Source of the DNA: a virus
Virus record (IMG/VR): IMGVR_UViG_3300047472_000449
DNA length: 64,000 bases
Direction: 5' to 3' (one strand)
Made by a program: the position numbers and the translations under genes. Shown in pieces: positions 9,236 to 19,609 of this stretch. Each line of letters begins with the position of its first letter. The first letter of the stretch is position 1. Under the pieces are notes generated by a model. It made no database searches. It saw only the letters and a list, made by a program, of their open reading frames with translations, and had not been told where the DNA came from.

Positions 9236-9718
9236 TTATTCCATCAGATCGCTTTGAGGGTCGGCGGCGGCGCCAATAAGGTCACGCAGACTGCCTGCCA
9301 TTTCGCGGCGCCCGGTTTTCACGCCTTCTTGATAGCGGTTGTTCAGGATAATACGCATGTCGAGCATGGCTTCGACAGTGGTGCCAAGATGAAAGCTCGC
9401 CTCAGGCGCATCGTCGTTCATGTCGCGCAGTTCCAGGCGGCGTTTGGCGCCAAACCGAGATTGCTCAACGATGTACAGGTTCTTGTGGCCTTTTTCCTGC
9501 AACTGCTCATTCATCTGATCGACAGTCAGCTGCGCTGGCGTCACTTCGACGAGCGCTTTCTTTTCGGTCTGGCCTTTAATGTCCGAAATCAAGACTTGAT
9601 TCACATCAAATTCTTTAGGAGGGAAATCCATTTCTCTGTAGCGATAATCCAAGGCATCGATCACACGCGCCAGTGCGGCGTCATCGAGATGAAGGACGTT
9701 CAATTTGACCTTGGCCAT
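9236..9718 (-). CDS. Hypothetical protein
   Basis: 160 aa ORF after a minus-strand TTGACA/TATAAT promoter. Confidence 0.7.
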   Translation of the reverse strand: MAKVKLNVLHLDDAALARVIDALDYRYREMDFPPKEFDVNQVLISDIKGQTEKKALVEVTPAQLTVDQMNEQLQEKGHKNLYIVEQSRFGAKRRLELRDMNDDAPEASFHLGTTVEAMLDMRIILNNRYQEGVKTGRREMAGSLRDLIGAAADPQSDLME

Positions 9719-9935
9719 GGAAATGTCTCTGCGCTGTATGTTGAGACGATATTATAACTGAGGCACCATGTTTTGTCAATGAGAATGACGACGGCGTGCT
9801 ATGGTTAATGCTGCGGACATTCGTTCAGGTTTTGGTTCTGGGTTGACGGATTATTGTCGTATCGGGCTCCAGGCTTATTTTTGATCATTGGCACCGTGTT
9901 ACCGTAACACAGTGCCAACATTGACCAAGGAAGGC

Positions 9936-10784
9936 CTAGAACAAAATTTCCCCGTGAATAGGGATCATGGAAAGTTCGCACAGGGCAACCATGTAGCCAG
10001 CGCTGTTATAGCGACCAATGGTTGGCTGGGGGTCTTCCATATGGTGTTCGCTCATCAAGAGGTAATCGCCGCCTTCCAGCTCTTTTTCGAGCTTATCTTC
10101 ACAGCCTCCGCGCTGCGACGGCGTAAAGCCATAGCACGTGCGCGGATCGATCTGAGTCTGGCCATCTGGCGAAAAGAACGGGTAAGTGATCTGTTGACCA
10201 TTGCACATGAAACCGAGCAGAGCGGGGTCATAAGGCTCCAGATCAACCGCGCCATGCTGATTCATCTTGTGCATCGGGGCCTGCCTACACGGCGCCAACT
10301 CCATTCGCAGCCAGCAAGTTGCAACATCCTTGGTATCGCCCAGGAGCCATTTGGCATCAAACACATTGATGTCTACAGCAAAACCGAAGGAGGACACGAA
10401 TGTTGCATTGGCTTCATAGGAGCCGCACACAAAAGCTGGTGGTACGTAGGTCTGGCTGTTCGGCATTTCGAAAACCATTTCCACGCAAACGCCGTTGTCA
10501 CGTAGATATTGCAGGCGATCTTCACCAATTTCAGTGGCAACGCAATCGCGATCATTGTGGCTTGAAGTGGCATAGCAAGGCGAGGCGTCGCCCACGCGGA
10601 AGCGAATCCAGGTGGTGGCCATCAGGTCACTGCTGCTGCGCGACAGGTAGTTCGTTTCGTTGATCTTGGTGACCACGCCAAACTTCTGCAACGCACTCAC
10701 AATGTCTTCAGTCGCAAAATACTGCGCGCCATCATGCGCCGCGAGATTGATAGTCAGGTTGAGGTTGTGCGTAATCGGCTTCAT
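9936..10784 (-). CDS. Hypothetical protein
   Basis: 282 aa ORF, operon context. Confidence 0.65.
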   Translation of the reverse strand: MKPITHNLNLTINLAAHDGAQYFATEDIVSALQKFGVVTKINETNYLSRSSSDLMATTWIRFRVGDASPCYATSSHNDRDCVATEIGEDRLQYLRDNGVCVEMVFEMPNSQTYVPPAFVCGSYEANATFVSSFGFAVDINVFDAKWLLGDTKDVATCWLRMELAPCRQAPMHKMNQHGAVDLEPYDPALLGFMCNGQQITYPFFSPDGQTQIDPRTCYGFTPSQRGGCEDKLEKELEGGDYLLMSEHHMEDPQPTIGRYNSAGYMVALCELSMIPIHGEILF

Positions 10785-10868
10785 TCTTTTTCCCTAATGA
10801 TGATCAAGAGATCTTATTTCAATGCGCTCATGGTCGCCATATCGGCCATTGCCTGCGCGGAAAAAAAA

Positions 10869-11258
10869 TCAAGCCGCTTTTGCAAGGCTGGTTTCTTCAA
10901 GTGCCGCTTCATCCAGCTTCTTGAAGTGCTCGATGGCCCACTTCTCCAGCATGATCAGATCTTCCAGGGGGAACGACGACAGCGATTCTGTCAAGCAGCC
11001 ACCGGCGTAATTGTCCACGATGATCCCTTCTTCAGAAATTCCGCAGAAATCTGTGAGGTGGAAGCCTTTGAATGTGATGTCGCACCACTCGCCGTTTTTG
11101 TCTTTCGGCGCCCATAGTTTCAGGGTACGTCGGTCTGGACTGCCGATCATGCCGCCAGTGCGATAACCACTTTCCCACATGCGAGGATTAAACAGTCGGC
11201 GAATCGAATTGATCTGGCGGCGGCGAGCGCTTTTGATGATTTTCTTCAGATCGTCCAC
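10869..11258 (-). CDS. Hypothetical protein
   Basis: GAGGA RBS, GTG start. Confidence 0.6.
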   Translation of the reverse strand: MDDLKKIIKSARRRQINSIRRLFNPRMWESGYRTGGMIGSPDRRTLKLWAPKDKNGEWCDITFKGFHLTDFCGISEEGIIVDNYAGGCLTESLSSFPLEDLIMLEKWAIEHFKKLDEAALEETSLAKAA

Positions 11259-11352
11259 AGTACAGTCCTCGTAGGAGGGTAAAAAGATCGGCTAAATGCC
11301 GCTGATGTGGCTATTCTAGCGAAACCCCATCGCAATGTCAATCATATTGACA

Positions 11353-11592
11353 TCAAGTGGCGCTAGGCTTGTTGGCCTCACGATTGAGCTTTTCACAGGT
11401 GGCGATGTAGTCGTCCACGGCCTCCTCAAAAGCGCGCTTGAGGCCCGGTACGGTGTCTGCCTCGTAGCTGACCACATCGGTGATGTTGAGCAGCTTGCCA
11501 TGCAGCACGTTGTCTTCCAGGCTGACTTGAACGGAGCCAATGAAGTTGCGATAGGTGTGAGTGGTTGGCTGGGTCATGTGCTGTCTTTCCAT
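11353..11592 (-). CDS. hicB: HicB-family antitoxin, N-terminal domain only; no hicA adjacent
   Basis: YRNFIGSV...LHGKLLNITDVVSYEADTVPGLKRAFEEAVDDYIATC is a typical HicB N-terminus. Confidence 0.85.
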   Translation of the reverse strand: MERQHMTQPTTHTYRNFIGSVQVSLEDNVLHGKLLNITDVVSYEADTVPGLKRAFEEAVDDYIATCEKLNREANKPSAT

Positions 11593-11891
11593 TTGAGGCG
11601 GCTGAAATAAGTAAGGGGCGTCCTATTGGACACCCCTTGTTGTTAACGGTCTAAACCTATTATCCCGCTCACTGGCTGGGGCCGGGTGGAGAAGTCCCTG
11701 CCGGTATTGGCGCCCCTCAAAAACTAAGGTTCCGGTCTGCGCCAACTTCTTTATTATATTGCTGTGTTCATGTTATTTCAACGTAAATTATCAGGCGGCT
11801 GTCATGTTTACGAACTTGCACACGTCTTTGTTTAATTGACTTTTAATCCACCGTCGCCACACGTCATTGGTGTTGACGTGTGGCCGGAGTA

Positions 11892-12605
11892 TTAAAACTC
11901 GGTGGTGTAACCAACGAAGTTTTCGGGCTTTTCATGTGGACTTTCGGTGGTGTCCACATACTTGTAGCGCTCAAGAACTTCACCTTGGGCATCGAAAATA
12001 TCAACATATTCGTGGTTTGCGCCAAACGCAGATAGTGCGTCGAAATGAATCCGGTCTGGATATTCCGTATCACTGCCAACAAAATACTTGGCTTCTGCTG
12101 GCACTACCGGGTATTTGGCCACACGCTTTGCCAGCTCGGCGGCTTCTTCTGCTTGCTTGAGCGTTTCCGCTTGAATTGCGGGAGCCTGTTTGTTCAGCCA
12201 GATGAAGAAGTCGATGCCCAGGCCCAGTGCCAACCCGGCGATTTCACTTTTTGGATCGCTGTCGTCGTTCGGATCGCATTTGTAGACAACCTTCAGATGT
12301 TCAGTCAGAACATGCTCGGCAGAAACTTCAGGAACCACGCAGATCGGGTGGTCGTCGAGAAGCATCACCCATTGCGCGCCCACGGTGTCTGGAGCGACCT
12401 GCGGTAGTTCTTTCAACAAATCATGGACGCTCAGTACATGCGCAACCGCGATCTCAGCTTCGCCAAACTCAGGGTCATGGCCGAAAAAGTAGCTGTGCGA
12501 CAGATCCTTCAGCTTGTTTTCCAGCGGGATGTTTAGTGTGAATATTTTGCCTCGATTGCTGCCGGTGAGGAGCGTGTAATCCTGTTTTTCCGGAAACTGA
12601 CTCAT
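11892..12605 (-). CDS. Hypothetical protein
   Basis: 237 aa ORF. Confidence 0.7.
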   Translation of the reverse strand: MSQFPEKQDYTLLTGSNRGKIFTLNIPLENKLKDLSHSYFFGHDPEFGEAEIAVAHVLSVHDLLKELPQVAPDTVGAQWVMLLDDHPICVVPEVSAEHVLTEHLKVVYKCDPNDDSDPKSEIAGLALGLGIDFFIWLNKQAPAIQAETLKQAEEAAELAKRVAKYPVVPAEAKYFVGSDTEYPDRIHFDALSAFGANHEYVDIFDAQGEVLERYKYVDTTESPHEKPENFVGYTTEF

Positions 12606-12629
12606 GTTTGGGGTCTCAAAATGTTGTGA

Positions 12630-12809
12630 TTAGATTTTTTCGCTGTGGTGGATATGCCTTTCGAGCTTTTGTCGGTGCGCAATCAGCTTGTTGACCAGTC
12701 GCACCCGGTCATTGTTGTGACCAAGGATGGGGTCAAGATCGTAGAATTTGTTGATTGCCACCAGCAGATCCTGGCTCAGTTCCTTCATCTGCTCAAGATT
12801 TAGCTGCAT
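12630..12809 (-). CDS. Small hypothetical protein
   Basis: GGAGGA RBS before MQLNLEQ. Confidence 0.55.
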   Translation of the reverse strand: MQLNLEQMKELSQDLLVAINKFYDLDPILGHNNDRVRLVNKLIAHRQKLERHIHHSEKI

Positions 12810-13005
12810 CAATCGCATCCTCCTTGAACAACTCGCCACAGCCGGGACAGACGCCGTTGGCATCAACGATGTCCTGCCCGTCATGGGATTCACCACAGGC
12901 TGCGCACTTGAAGCAGTCCGAATGATCGGGCTGGGTTAGGTGGGCTTCTGACAGAATGATCAAGCCGCACGCTTCATGGTCAGGCCATAATTGATACGCA
13001 GCCAC
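12793..13005 (-). CDS. Small zinc-ribbon protein
   Basis: CAAC...CPGC; true start probably downstream. Confidence 0.55.
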   Translation of the reverse strand: MAAYQLWPDHEACGLIILSEAHLTQPDHSDCFKCAACGESHDGQDIVDANGVCPGCGELFKEDAIDAAKS

Positions 13006-13178
13006 TCACCGCCATGAATCTCGGCGTCGGATTGGAACACGGACGTGGTGAAACCGGCTTTTTTCAGGTCTCGCGGCATGTTCTGATTGCCCCAGCGCAT
13101 TGCCTGCGATTTGGTCATCGGTTTGTCCAGCTTGCCCAGGCCAACCTTCACCGGCAGTTTGCGTTCAGTCGCGCTCAT
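12960..13178 (-). CDS. Small basic hypothetical protein
   Basis: GGAGG RBS before MSATERK. Confidence 0.6.
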   Translation of the reverse strand: MSATERKLPVKVGLGKLDKPMTKSQAMRWGNQNMPRDLKKAGFTTSVFQSDAEIHGGEWLRINYGLTMKRAA

Positions 13179-13257
13179 GTGATTGCCTCCGTGTTTAATT
13201 ACCGAAATTATATCAAGGAATATGCGCGAAGTCAATCACAATGACACCAGTTCTGAG

Positions 13258-13575
13258 CTATCGCCACATGATTTCGATGGAAAACGTGCCATGGTGATAG
13301 GCAATTCTGGCGTAGTAATACTTCACGACATCGGTGAAGGGGCCAAAATTATTTTCAGTGATCAGTGCCTCCAGCATCTCCGACGACACCAGATCCCCAC
13401 CCTCTTTGAAGAAGTGGCTGTGGACGCGTTCGTACCCTGGCCACTCCTGATATTCTTCGTGATGTGGGTTGAATTTTATGCTGCCATCCGGCGCAAAAAT
13501 TCGCCCAAAATCAACGATCAGGTCGCCGTTGTTGTAGTCAAAAACCTTCAGTCCTTCAATCGTATACTGGCTCAT
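13258..13575 (-). CDS. Hypothetical protein
   Basis: GGAG RBS. Confidence 0.65.
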   Translation of the reverse strand: MSQYTIEGLKVFDYNNGDLIVDFGRIFAPDGSIKFNPHHEEYQEWPGYERVHSHFFKEGGDLVSSEMLEALITENNFGPFTDVVKYYYARIAYHHGTFSIEIMWR

Positions 13576-13613
13576 GATTTTTCTCCTACTGGAAGGTGTC
13601 TTGTGGCGACATG

Positions 13614-13994
13614 TTAGGCGCTTTTATTGGCTCGCAGGGTGGCAATTTTTTTCCAGTCGGCAAGCGCTTTTTTCACATTGCCACCACCATCGGCGGCTTC
13701 GGCAATTTTCAACAATGCGGCCAGTTCCTCGGTGTACACCAGCGATACGCCGATGTGATTAAGCGCTTGACTGACTGTTTCTTTAAGCCCGGTCTCGGTG
13801 TCTTGACTGCTGTCTTTCTTCGCGGAAGTCGATTGTGTTTGAGAGAACAGCGAGCCAATGCTGCCTAGTGCCGAAAGGGCTCTGTTGCTGGTCTCATCTA
13901 TCATTGCGCCCACTAGGCGCTTCCCCACGTAGTCAATAAACATGTTGGTGGCGTGTTCTGTTAGAGCGGTAACGGCAAAAAGAACTGCGAGCAT
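13614..13994 (-). CDS. Hypothetical protein
   Basis: AGGA RBS; hydrophobic N-terminus. Confidence 0.55.
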   Translation of the reverse strand: MLAVLFAVTALTEHATNMFIDYVGKRLVGAMIDETSNRALSALGSIGSLFSQTQSTSAKKDSSQDTETGLKETVSQALNHIGVSLVYTEELAALLKIAEAADGGGNVKKALADWKKIATLRANKSA

Positions 13995-14030
13995 TTTTTA
14001 TCCTGTTGGTTTCGTGTTATTTATTGATGA

Positions 14031-14417
14031 TTAATTGTAGTTCATGCTGGATTTATACAGTTCAGTCCAAGCCAGCAGTGTTTCACTGGGTTGTTCCAGT
14101 GCTGCTTTAACCATTTCATCTGCGCTTTGCCCAGTGCAACCATGCACCGCATTACCCAAGCGCAGCAGCTTGTCTGGAACGCCTTTATCTCGGGCTTTAG
14201 TGGCAAACTCGTAATCTTTACCTTGACCCAGAACAATCGTGGCGTCAAAACGCGAATAAAGCAGCTCAATCGCCTGCGTCTCCGTCTCAGGAAACGTGAA
14301 TGTCTCCCCGTCACAGAACAGCAGGCGGACGCCTTTGAGCGCGTCCAGTGCGGCCATGTAATTCGATGGCCTCACAGTCGCTACGGCAGAGGGGTACTCA
14401 GGATAAACATTGACCAT
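14031..14417 (-). CDS. Hypothetical protein
   Basis: GGAG RBS. Confidence 0.65.
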   Translation of the reverse strand: MVNVYPEYPSAVATVRPSNYMAALDALKGVRLLFCDGETFTFPETETQAIELLYSRFDATIVLGQGKDYEFATKARDKGVPDKLLRLGNAVHGCTGQSADEMVKAALEQPSETLLAWTELYKSSMNYN

Positions 14418-14727
14418 GTAATTTTATTTCTCCGTGAAGAATGCTTGATAAGGTGCCGAACAATTGGCTTTTGCACCGCCGCTTTATTCTTGGCTTGGCT
14501 TCTGTACATAGAGTGGCGATACCGCAGGCGCTCGTTAAACGACTCCCAGTAGCGCGGGGCTCTGAGATCGTGGCGGCGCGGCTTCTTGTTTGAGCAGGGC
14601 TTACTCAGGTTGTCGATTATCGACTGTATTTGAAAGCGCTGCTCGCGCTTATGATTCAGCCGGGTGATTTTGAATTGCCGATGTTTCCCGTAGAGCACAC
14701 CGCGTTCAATAAAGTGATGGCTCAACA

Positions 14728-15114
14728 TTAATGACCCACCGCTGTGTCACGTACTACAAGGGACGCCCAGTTGTAACGAAGAAAGTCGTATATCGACGGA
14801 CTGTAATTGACACCAAAAAACGTGGCGATGGTCAGCGATGCCTCACTGTCGAAAATACCGGCCTTGGGGTACTTTTTGGCAAGTGGAAAAATTCGCTCTT
14901 GCAGATGCGTGCGAATCATTCCCCAGGTTTTGACTTCGGGGCTTTTGCAGTAAGCCAGGGTTTCGAGCAGAGCTGCATTCAATTCGCTGATGATCAGCTC
15001 GCGTTTGACTTTGGCTCCTTCCAAGAGTTGCCAGTTGTCATTGGTCGGCATGCCTACAGTGTCTTGCAGGGCTTCATGTTTTGCGTCGAGGGTCAGGACA
15101 GGCACGCTGTTCAC
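14728..15114 (-). CDS. Hypothetical protein
   Basis: AAGG RBS, GTG start. Confidence 0.6.
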   Translation of the reverse strand: MNSVPVLTLDAKHEALQDTVGMPTNDNWQLLEGAKVKRELIISELNAALLETLAYCKSPEVKTWGMIRTHLQERIFPLAKKYPKAGIFDSEASLTIATFFGVNYSPSIYDFLRYNWASLVVRDTAVGH

Positions 15115-15157
15115 CTTAATCGAGGAGTCGGAAATCAGGTTATCAATTACGCGGGGA

Positions 15158-15397
15158 TCAGTCGATGCTTACGTTGTCCTTCAGGGTGTATTCCATCTTG
15201 AAGACAACAAATTTGCGCACCATGAAGCCATTTTGATACAGCCAATCGACCTTATGGAAATCATAAACGGCATCGCTGTCGCGATCACAGTAACAGCGGC
15301 CTTCGGCAGTTTTTCTGGCCACAAGCGTTTTGCCCTTGATCAGGGGAATGACTTCCTTGACGTTTCTTGGAATTTTGACCATGACGCTCATCCACAT
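15158..15397 (-). CDS. Small hypothetical protein
   Basis: First ORF after a minus-strand promoter (15412-15439). Confidence 0.5.
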   Translation of the reverse strand: MWMSVMVKIPRNVKEVIPLIKGKTLVARKTAEGRCYCDRDSDAVYDFHKVDWLYQNGFMVRKFVVFKMEYTLKDNVSID

Positions 15398-15549
15398 GAT
15401 TTATACAGATCATTATAGTCGCCTTTTTGTAATTGTCAATCATAATTACACCGATGCCGACTTGAATGCTTCACCAGAAAACGCCGTTTTCTGAATTGGC
15501 CAGCGGGGGCTCTTGGGGTGGCGCCCTTTCGCTCCGTTTGTCGAGATAT

Positions 15550-15589
15550 TGTCAATTGCATTGACCTTTGCGGGCTTTCCTGATATAAT
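15550..15589 (+). promoter_or_regulatory. nrdB promoter with TGTCA-N7-TGACC palindrome
   Basis: TTGACC 15561-66, 17 bp, TATAAT 15584-89. Confidence 0.8.
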
Positions 15590-15622
15590 TTACCCATAAC
15601 GAAATTACTGAGGTTGTACGCA

Positions 15623-16846
15623 ATGAGTGCTTTGAGCTGGGATGATGCCGATGAATCGAGTTCTGTGTCCGCCCCTGTGGTGAAGGCGCCAGCCGTGGAG
15701 GCGGAAGTTAATCCTGCCGTGGCGCTTCTGCGTCAACCTGATGCCGATGACAGTGACATGGTGAAGCGTGCCAAGGCAGAGCTTGACCGTCTCGACATCG
15801 CAGAAGGTCTGGCGGATCTGGAAGGCGCTGGCGTGCGAGTCAGTGTGGGTGAAAAGAGCATGATCAATGCTCGTGCCGACCTGAACCAGCTGGTGCCCAT
15901 GAAATACGACTGGGCATGGCAGAAGTATCTGGATGGCTGTGCCAACCACTGGATGCCGCAAGAGGTCAATATGACCGAAGACATCGCGCTGTGGCGCTCC
16001 GACAAGCTGAGCGAGGATGAGCGTCGCATCATCAAGCGCAGCCTGGGATTCTTCAGCACGGCTGACTCGCTGGTAGCGAACAATCTGGTACTGGCGGTGT
16101 ACCGCCTGATTACGAACCCGGAAGCGCGCCAGTACCTGTTGCGCCAAGCTTTTGAAGAGGCTATTCACACTCACGCGTACCAGTACTGCATTGAGTCGCT
16201 GAGCATGGATGAAGGCGAAATTTTCAACATGTACAAGGAGATCCCGACCGTTGCCAAGAAGGCTGCGTGGGGCATCAAGTTCACCAAAGGCATCTCTGAC
16301 CCAGGCTTCACCACTGGCACGCCGGAGACGGATCGCATGCTGCTGAAGAACCTGATTGCGTTCTACTGCGTGCTGGAAGGCATTTTCTTCTACTGCGGCT
16401 TTACTCAGATCCTGTCCATGGGTCGTCGCAATATGATGAAGGGCGTGGCAGAGCAGTTTCAGTACATCCTGCGCGATGAGTCGATGCACCTGAACTTCGG
16501 CATCGACGTAATCAACCAGATCAAGATCGAAAACCCGCATCTATGGGATCAGCAGATGCAGGATGAGGCGACAATGATGATCGTCCAGGGCACCCAGCTG
16601 GAAATCGAATACGCCCGTGACACCATGCCTCGTGGCGTGCTGGGCATGAATGCGCAGATGATGGAGGACTACCTCAAGTTCATCGCCAACCGCCGTCTGA
16701 ACCAAATCGGTTTGAAGGGCCAGTACCCGAGCAAGGAAAACCCGTTCCCGTGGATGAGCGAAGTGATGGATCTGAAGAAGGAAAAGAACTTTTTCGAGAC
16801 CCGAGTCATTGAATATCAAGCCGGTGTCGGCTTGACCTGGGACTGA
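15623..16846 (+). CDS. nrdB: Ribonucleoside-diphosphate reductase class Ia beta subunit
   Basis: [50 protein letters not shown]; Pseudomonas-type 'LSWD' N-terminus. Confidence 0.97.
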   Translation: MSALSWDDADESSSVSAPVVKAPAVEAEVNPAVALLRQPDADDSDMVKRAKAELDRLDIAEGLADLEGAGVRVSVGEKSMINARADLNQLVPMKYDWAWQKYLDGCANHWMPQEVNMTEDIALWRSDKLSEDERRIIKRSLGFFSTADSLVANNLVLAVYRLITNPEARQYLLRQAFEEAIHTHAYQYCIESLSMDEGEIFNMYKEIPTVAKKAAWGIKFTKGISDPGFTTGTPETDRMLLKNLIAFYCVLEGIFFYCGFTQILSMGRRNMMKGVAEQFQYILRDESMHLNFGIDVINQIKIENPHLWDQQMQDEATMMIVQGTQLEIEYARDTMPRGVLGMNAQMMEDYLKFIANRRLNQIGLKGQYPSKENPFPWMSEVMDLKKEKNFFETRVIEYQAGVGLTWD

Positions 16847-16892
16847 GATCAACGCTGCCGCCAGCCTTTTGAGGGTGGCGGCGCTGGCGGTA

Positions 16893-17159
16893 TTAGAAAT
16901 TTACCCGGCTGGCGTAGAAACGGCTCCAAAAGCTGGGATTGCGCTCGGCCTTCTTGGCGTACCAGGGGTCGTTGCCGTAGATTTCCTTAAGGCGCAGTGC
17001 TCCCCTCGCCCGCCGTTCGGCTTCTGAAAGATCAATGACGCCAGCCTCCCAAAACTGCATCCAGTATGGGTCGGCGATCAGTATCGCGGAGGGTTTTTGA
17101 CTCGCGTTCAGTGAAGCCATTGCGTCGTTCCTCGGCACTTGGCGTGCCATTTTAATCAA
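16893..17159 (-). CDS. Small hypothetical protein
   Basis: 88 aa ORF convergent on nrdB. Confidence 0.45.
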   Translation of the reverse strand: MIKMARQVPRNDAMASLNASQKPSAILIADPYWMQFWEAGVIDLSEAERRARGALRLKEIYGNDPWYAKKAERNPSFWSRFYASRVNF

Positions 17160-17278
17160 ATTATATCATCGAGTCCGCTACTGGTTAAGCCTACTGGCAA
17201 TGTCATTTTCATTGACAATTGCTGTGTGGTGCTTATAATAAACCTCCTACTCTGTTCAACCTTATTTGGGATACCTTG

Positions 17279-17608
17279 ATGACTGAGCGCACGTTTACCC
17301 GCGATGAGCTGATGCAGGCTGCTGAGGAAACTCGTTACGCCAGCAGCAAAGGTGTTCAGGATCTGCTCGACTATATTGAGCGAAAAGAGCATGCCGCGCT
17401 GGTGCAAGAATCGCTGAAGGCGCCCGCTAAATCGCCAATTCCAGAAGGCTTTCTTCGACGTGCGGTTGATGCCAACGGCTTCAATATTGGCTCTTACACA
17501 TTCGGGGCTGGCGATAAGCACTACTGGTTTCCACCTGAAGAGGCTCGCAAAGAGCGCCCAGATCTTCGGAAGGGCATCTTGCACACTGACGCCCTGTTTG
17601 CTGCCTAA
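17279..17608 (+). CDS. Hypothetical protein
   Basis: Follows promoter 17201-17239. Confidence 0.65.
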   Translation: MTERTFTRDELMQAAEETRYASSKGVQDLLDYIERKEHAALVQESLKAPAKSPIPEGFLRRAVDANGFNIGSYTFGAGDKHYWFPPEEARKERPDLRKGILHTDALFAA

Positions 17609-17640
17609 GCAATCAGGGACAGTCCAAATCCGCTTTAATC

Positions 17641-17988
17641 ATGGGTACTCAAATGCTTAAGTTCTTGCTCTCCCCTGCTTTCAACTTCACACACGATATT
17701 CTGGGCCGATTGGTCACAGCCGCTGAGGTAGAAAGTCCGTATACGCGCATTCAGGTTTATCCGGTCGCAAACGGTTTGCGCATGCGTAATCTCGCTGATA
17801 CCAAGCAGGTGCAGCTTGAGGTACAGGGCTCGATGGTTTACAGCGAGTATACGGTGCTCGATCCCGATGAATCCGAAGATGACCGTGAGCTACGTGGCCC
17901 GTTGAAGATCACCAACTCCGTAGCTGATACTGCCGTAATCGTGCAGAAGCTCACTGACTTCTTTGAAGGCAAATGGTCAATCAAGTAA
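17641..17988 (+). CDS. Hypothetical protein
   Basis: Operon context. Confidence 0.65.
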   Translation: MGTQMLKFLLSPAFNFTHDILGRLVTAAEVESPYTRIQVYPVANGLRMRNLADTKQVQLEVQGSMVYSEYTVLDPDESEDDRELRGPLKITNSVADTAVIVQKLTDFFEGKWSIK

Positions 17989-18054
17989 TGATATAGCGCC
18001 ATTCCCTCAAGAATGGCCCTGCTCTTTTTCTTTTTTCAAGGGTAATCTGGAATC

Positions 18055-18798
18055 ATGGTCAAAGTTACCGCAGACAAAAATTTGGTCTTTAACGAACGCG
18101 CCTGGAATCGGCTGTCTGCTGATCTGGGGTATGAAATCGCCATGCAGTTCAAGGATCGGTTTCGCATAATCGGTCGTGAAGACGGCGTTGAGATCGACGA
18201 AAAACTGCCGGTGTTCATCATGGGAACCATGTCGCTGCTCATGAAAGACCCTCAAGATTTTCCGGCAGTGTTCACCCCCGAGCAGTGGAGCGAATGGGTG
18301 TGTGCTTTGGGTGATGCTATGGCTAACGACCTTCAAAAAACTTGCCAGATCATCGCTCGCGCCGACCAAGATGCCAATCAGGCTGAGGCGGAGGTGACCG
18401 AGCGCGTCAATGACTGGATTGTGGGTCTGTGTGCGTTGGCTCAGTACAAGTACGTAGAAAAAAACTCGATTCATGAAAAGGTGCCAGCGCTCGTTTCGGT
18501 CGTTGGGGCTGCGCGTCCACATGACAAGCTCTTGCAGTTTGCAAACGCTGCCGATGACGGCCAGCTGGACTGGTATCGTGATACTTTGAGTGATCTGCCG
18601 GTTCAGGATCAGGACTTCATCGCTAGCGCCAGTCCGGTGGCTGTAAAGGCGGTGATCCATGATACCTACGCCCTTGCAGATGCGCTCCTGGCGCTGAGCA
18701 ATGCAAGCTGGCTGGATGCTGACCCGGCTGACACTGAAGAGCTGGCGAAGGCCAAATCCCAGGCCCGCGCCGCACTGTCAAAACACGCCACTCGATAA
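18055..18798 (+). CDS. Hypothetical protein with Ead/Ea22-like C-terminal motif
   Basis: 'DQDFIASASPVAVKAVI' resembles the Ea22 motif FIAAANP. Confidence 0.6.
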   Translation: MVKVTADKNLVFNERAWNRLSADLGYEIAMQFKDRFRIIGREDGVEIDEKLPVFIMGTMSLLMKDPQDFPAVFTPEQWSEWVCALGDAMANDLQKTCQIIARADQDANQAEAEVTERVNDWIVGLCALAQYKYVEKNSIHEKVPALVSVVGAARPHDKLLQFANAADDGQLDWYRDTLSDLPVQDQDFIASASPVAVKAVIHDTYALADALLALSNASWLDADPADTEELAKAKSQARAALSKHATR

Positions 18799-18804
18799 AG
18801 GAAT

Positions 18805-19146
18805 ATGTGCGACATGAAGCAAATTTGTGGGATGTATTTGGCGCTCGCCTCTGGTCTGGTGCTGGCGGCTGCCCAGCCGGTCGCCATTCCGGTGGAGACA
18901 TTCGATGTCCGCATCGAGTCAGTCCCGCGCTGGGAGATATTTAGCTCAATTCCTCATGAAAAAGCTGTTGGGCTGATGGATGTTGCAACGAAAGCAGGCG
19001 CGGCCTGCCATGAGATAGAGAGGCATGGCATTGTCATTTGCTACTCCATGGCCCCTGCCACCGTGGGTATCGACTGGAAAAAGCTGCATCAGGCGTTTGA
19101 TGCTCAGTCTGATCAGATACCCCCGACTAACAAGGATTTTCTATGA
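18805..19146 (+). CDS. Putative secreted protein
   Basis: Signal-like N-terminus; AAGGA RBS. Confidence 0.6.
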   Translation: MCDMKQICGMYLALASGLVLAAAQPVAIPVETFDVRIESVPRWEIFSSIPHEKAVGLMDVATKAGAACHEIERHGIVICYSMAPATVGIDWKKLHQAFDAQSDQIPPTNKDFL

Positions 19147-19493
19147 GCAATTTGCACGTTGTGGGCTCCCCAGGCGAGTGGCTAAAGACGAATAAATTCA
19201 TGCTTTACTCGCTGATGACCTTTATCGCCGCAGTCATTTATTTTCCGGTGGTGGCCGAGGATGTCGATATTTACCTAACGGTCTCCGGCCCAAACCATGG
19301 CTGCTGTGGTTTTGTCTCAGAAAACCGGCTTGCAAGGCCTGTGACCTATGCTCTGGTCGATTCATGGACAGAACCCAAGTGGACGGTCAATGCGACCCAC
19401 ACCGAACGCTGGCTGACTTCTGATGGCCTCATTGATGGTCAGGCAAAGTTCTGGCGCATCCTTGAGCGCGAGCCGGTCGTCGAATCGCCTTAA
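19143..19493 (+). CDS. Hypothetical membrane-anchored protein
   Basis: Overlaps the previous stop codon; hydrophobic segment. Confidence 0.55.
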   Translation: MSNLHVVGSPGEWLKTNKFMLYSLMTFIAAVIYFPVVAEDVDIYLTVSGPNHGCCGFVSENRLARPVTYALVDSWTEPKWTVNATHTERWLTSDGLIDGQAKFWRILEREPVVESP

Positions 19494-19609
19494 CTCCAGC
19501 TTCCAGCACCCGCCTCTGAGAATCCGAAATTTGATTGCCAAATTTCGGACTTTTTTGTATATTATTCCTGCATCTAGAATCGAGAAAGTTATACAAAAGG
19601 AGGTTTTAT

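Noticed and set aside
15550-15600. NrdR box upstream of nrdB
   Set aside because: No convincing acaCwAtATaTwGtg-type site; the palindrome present is the element-wide motif.
15605-16540. 311-aa minus-strand ORF
   Set aside because: Antisense shadow of nrdB.
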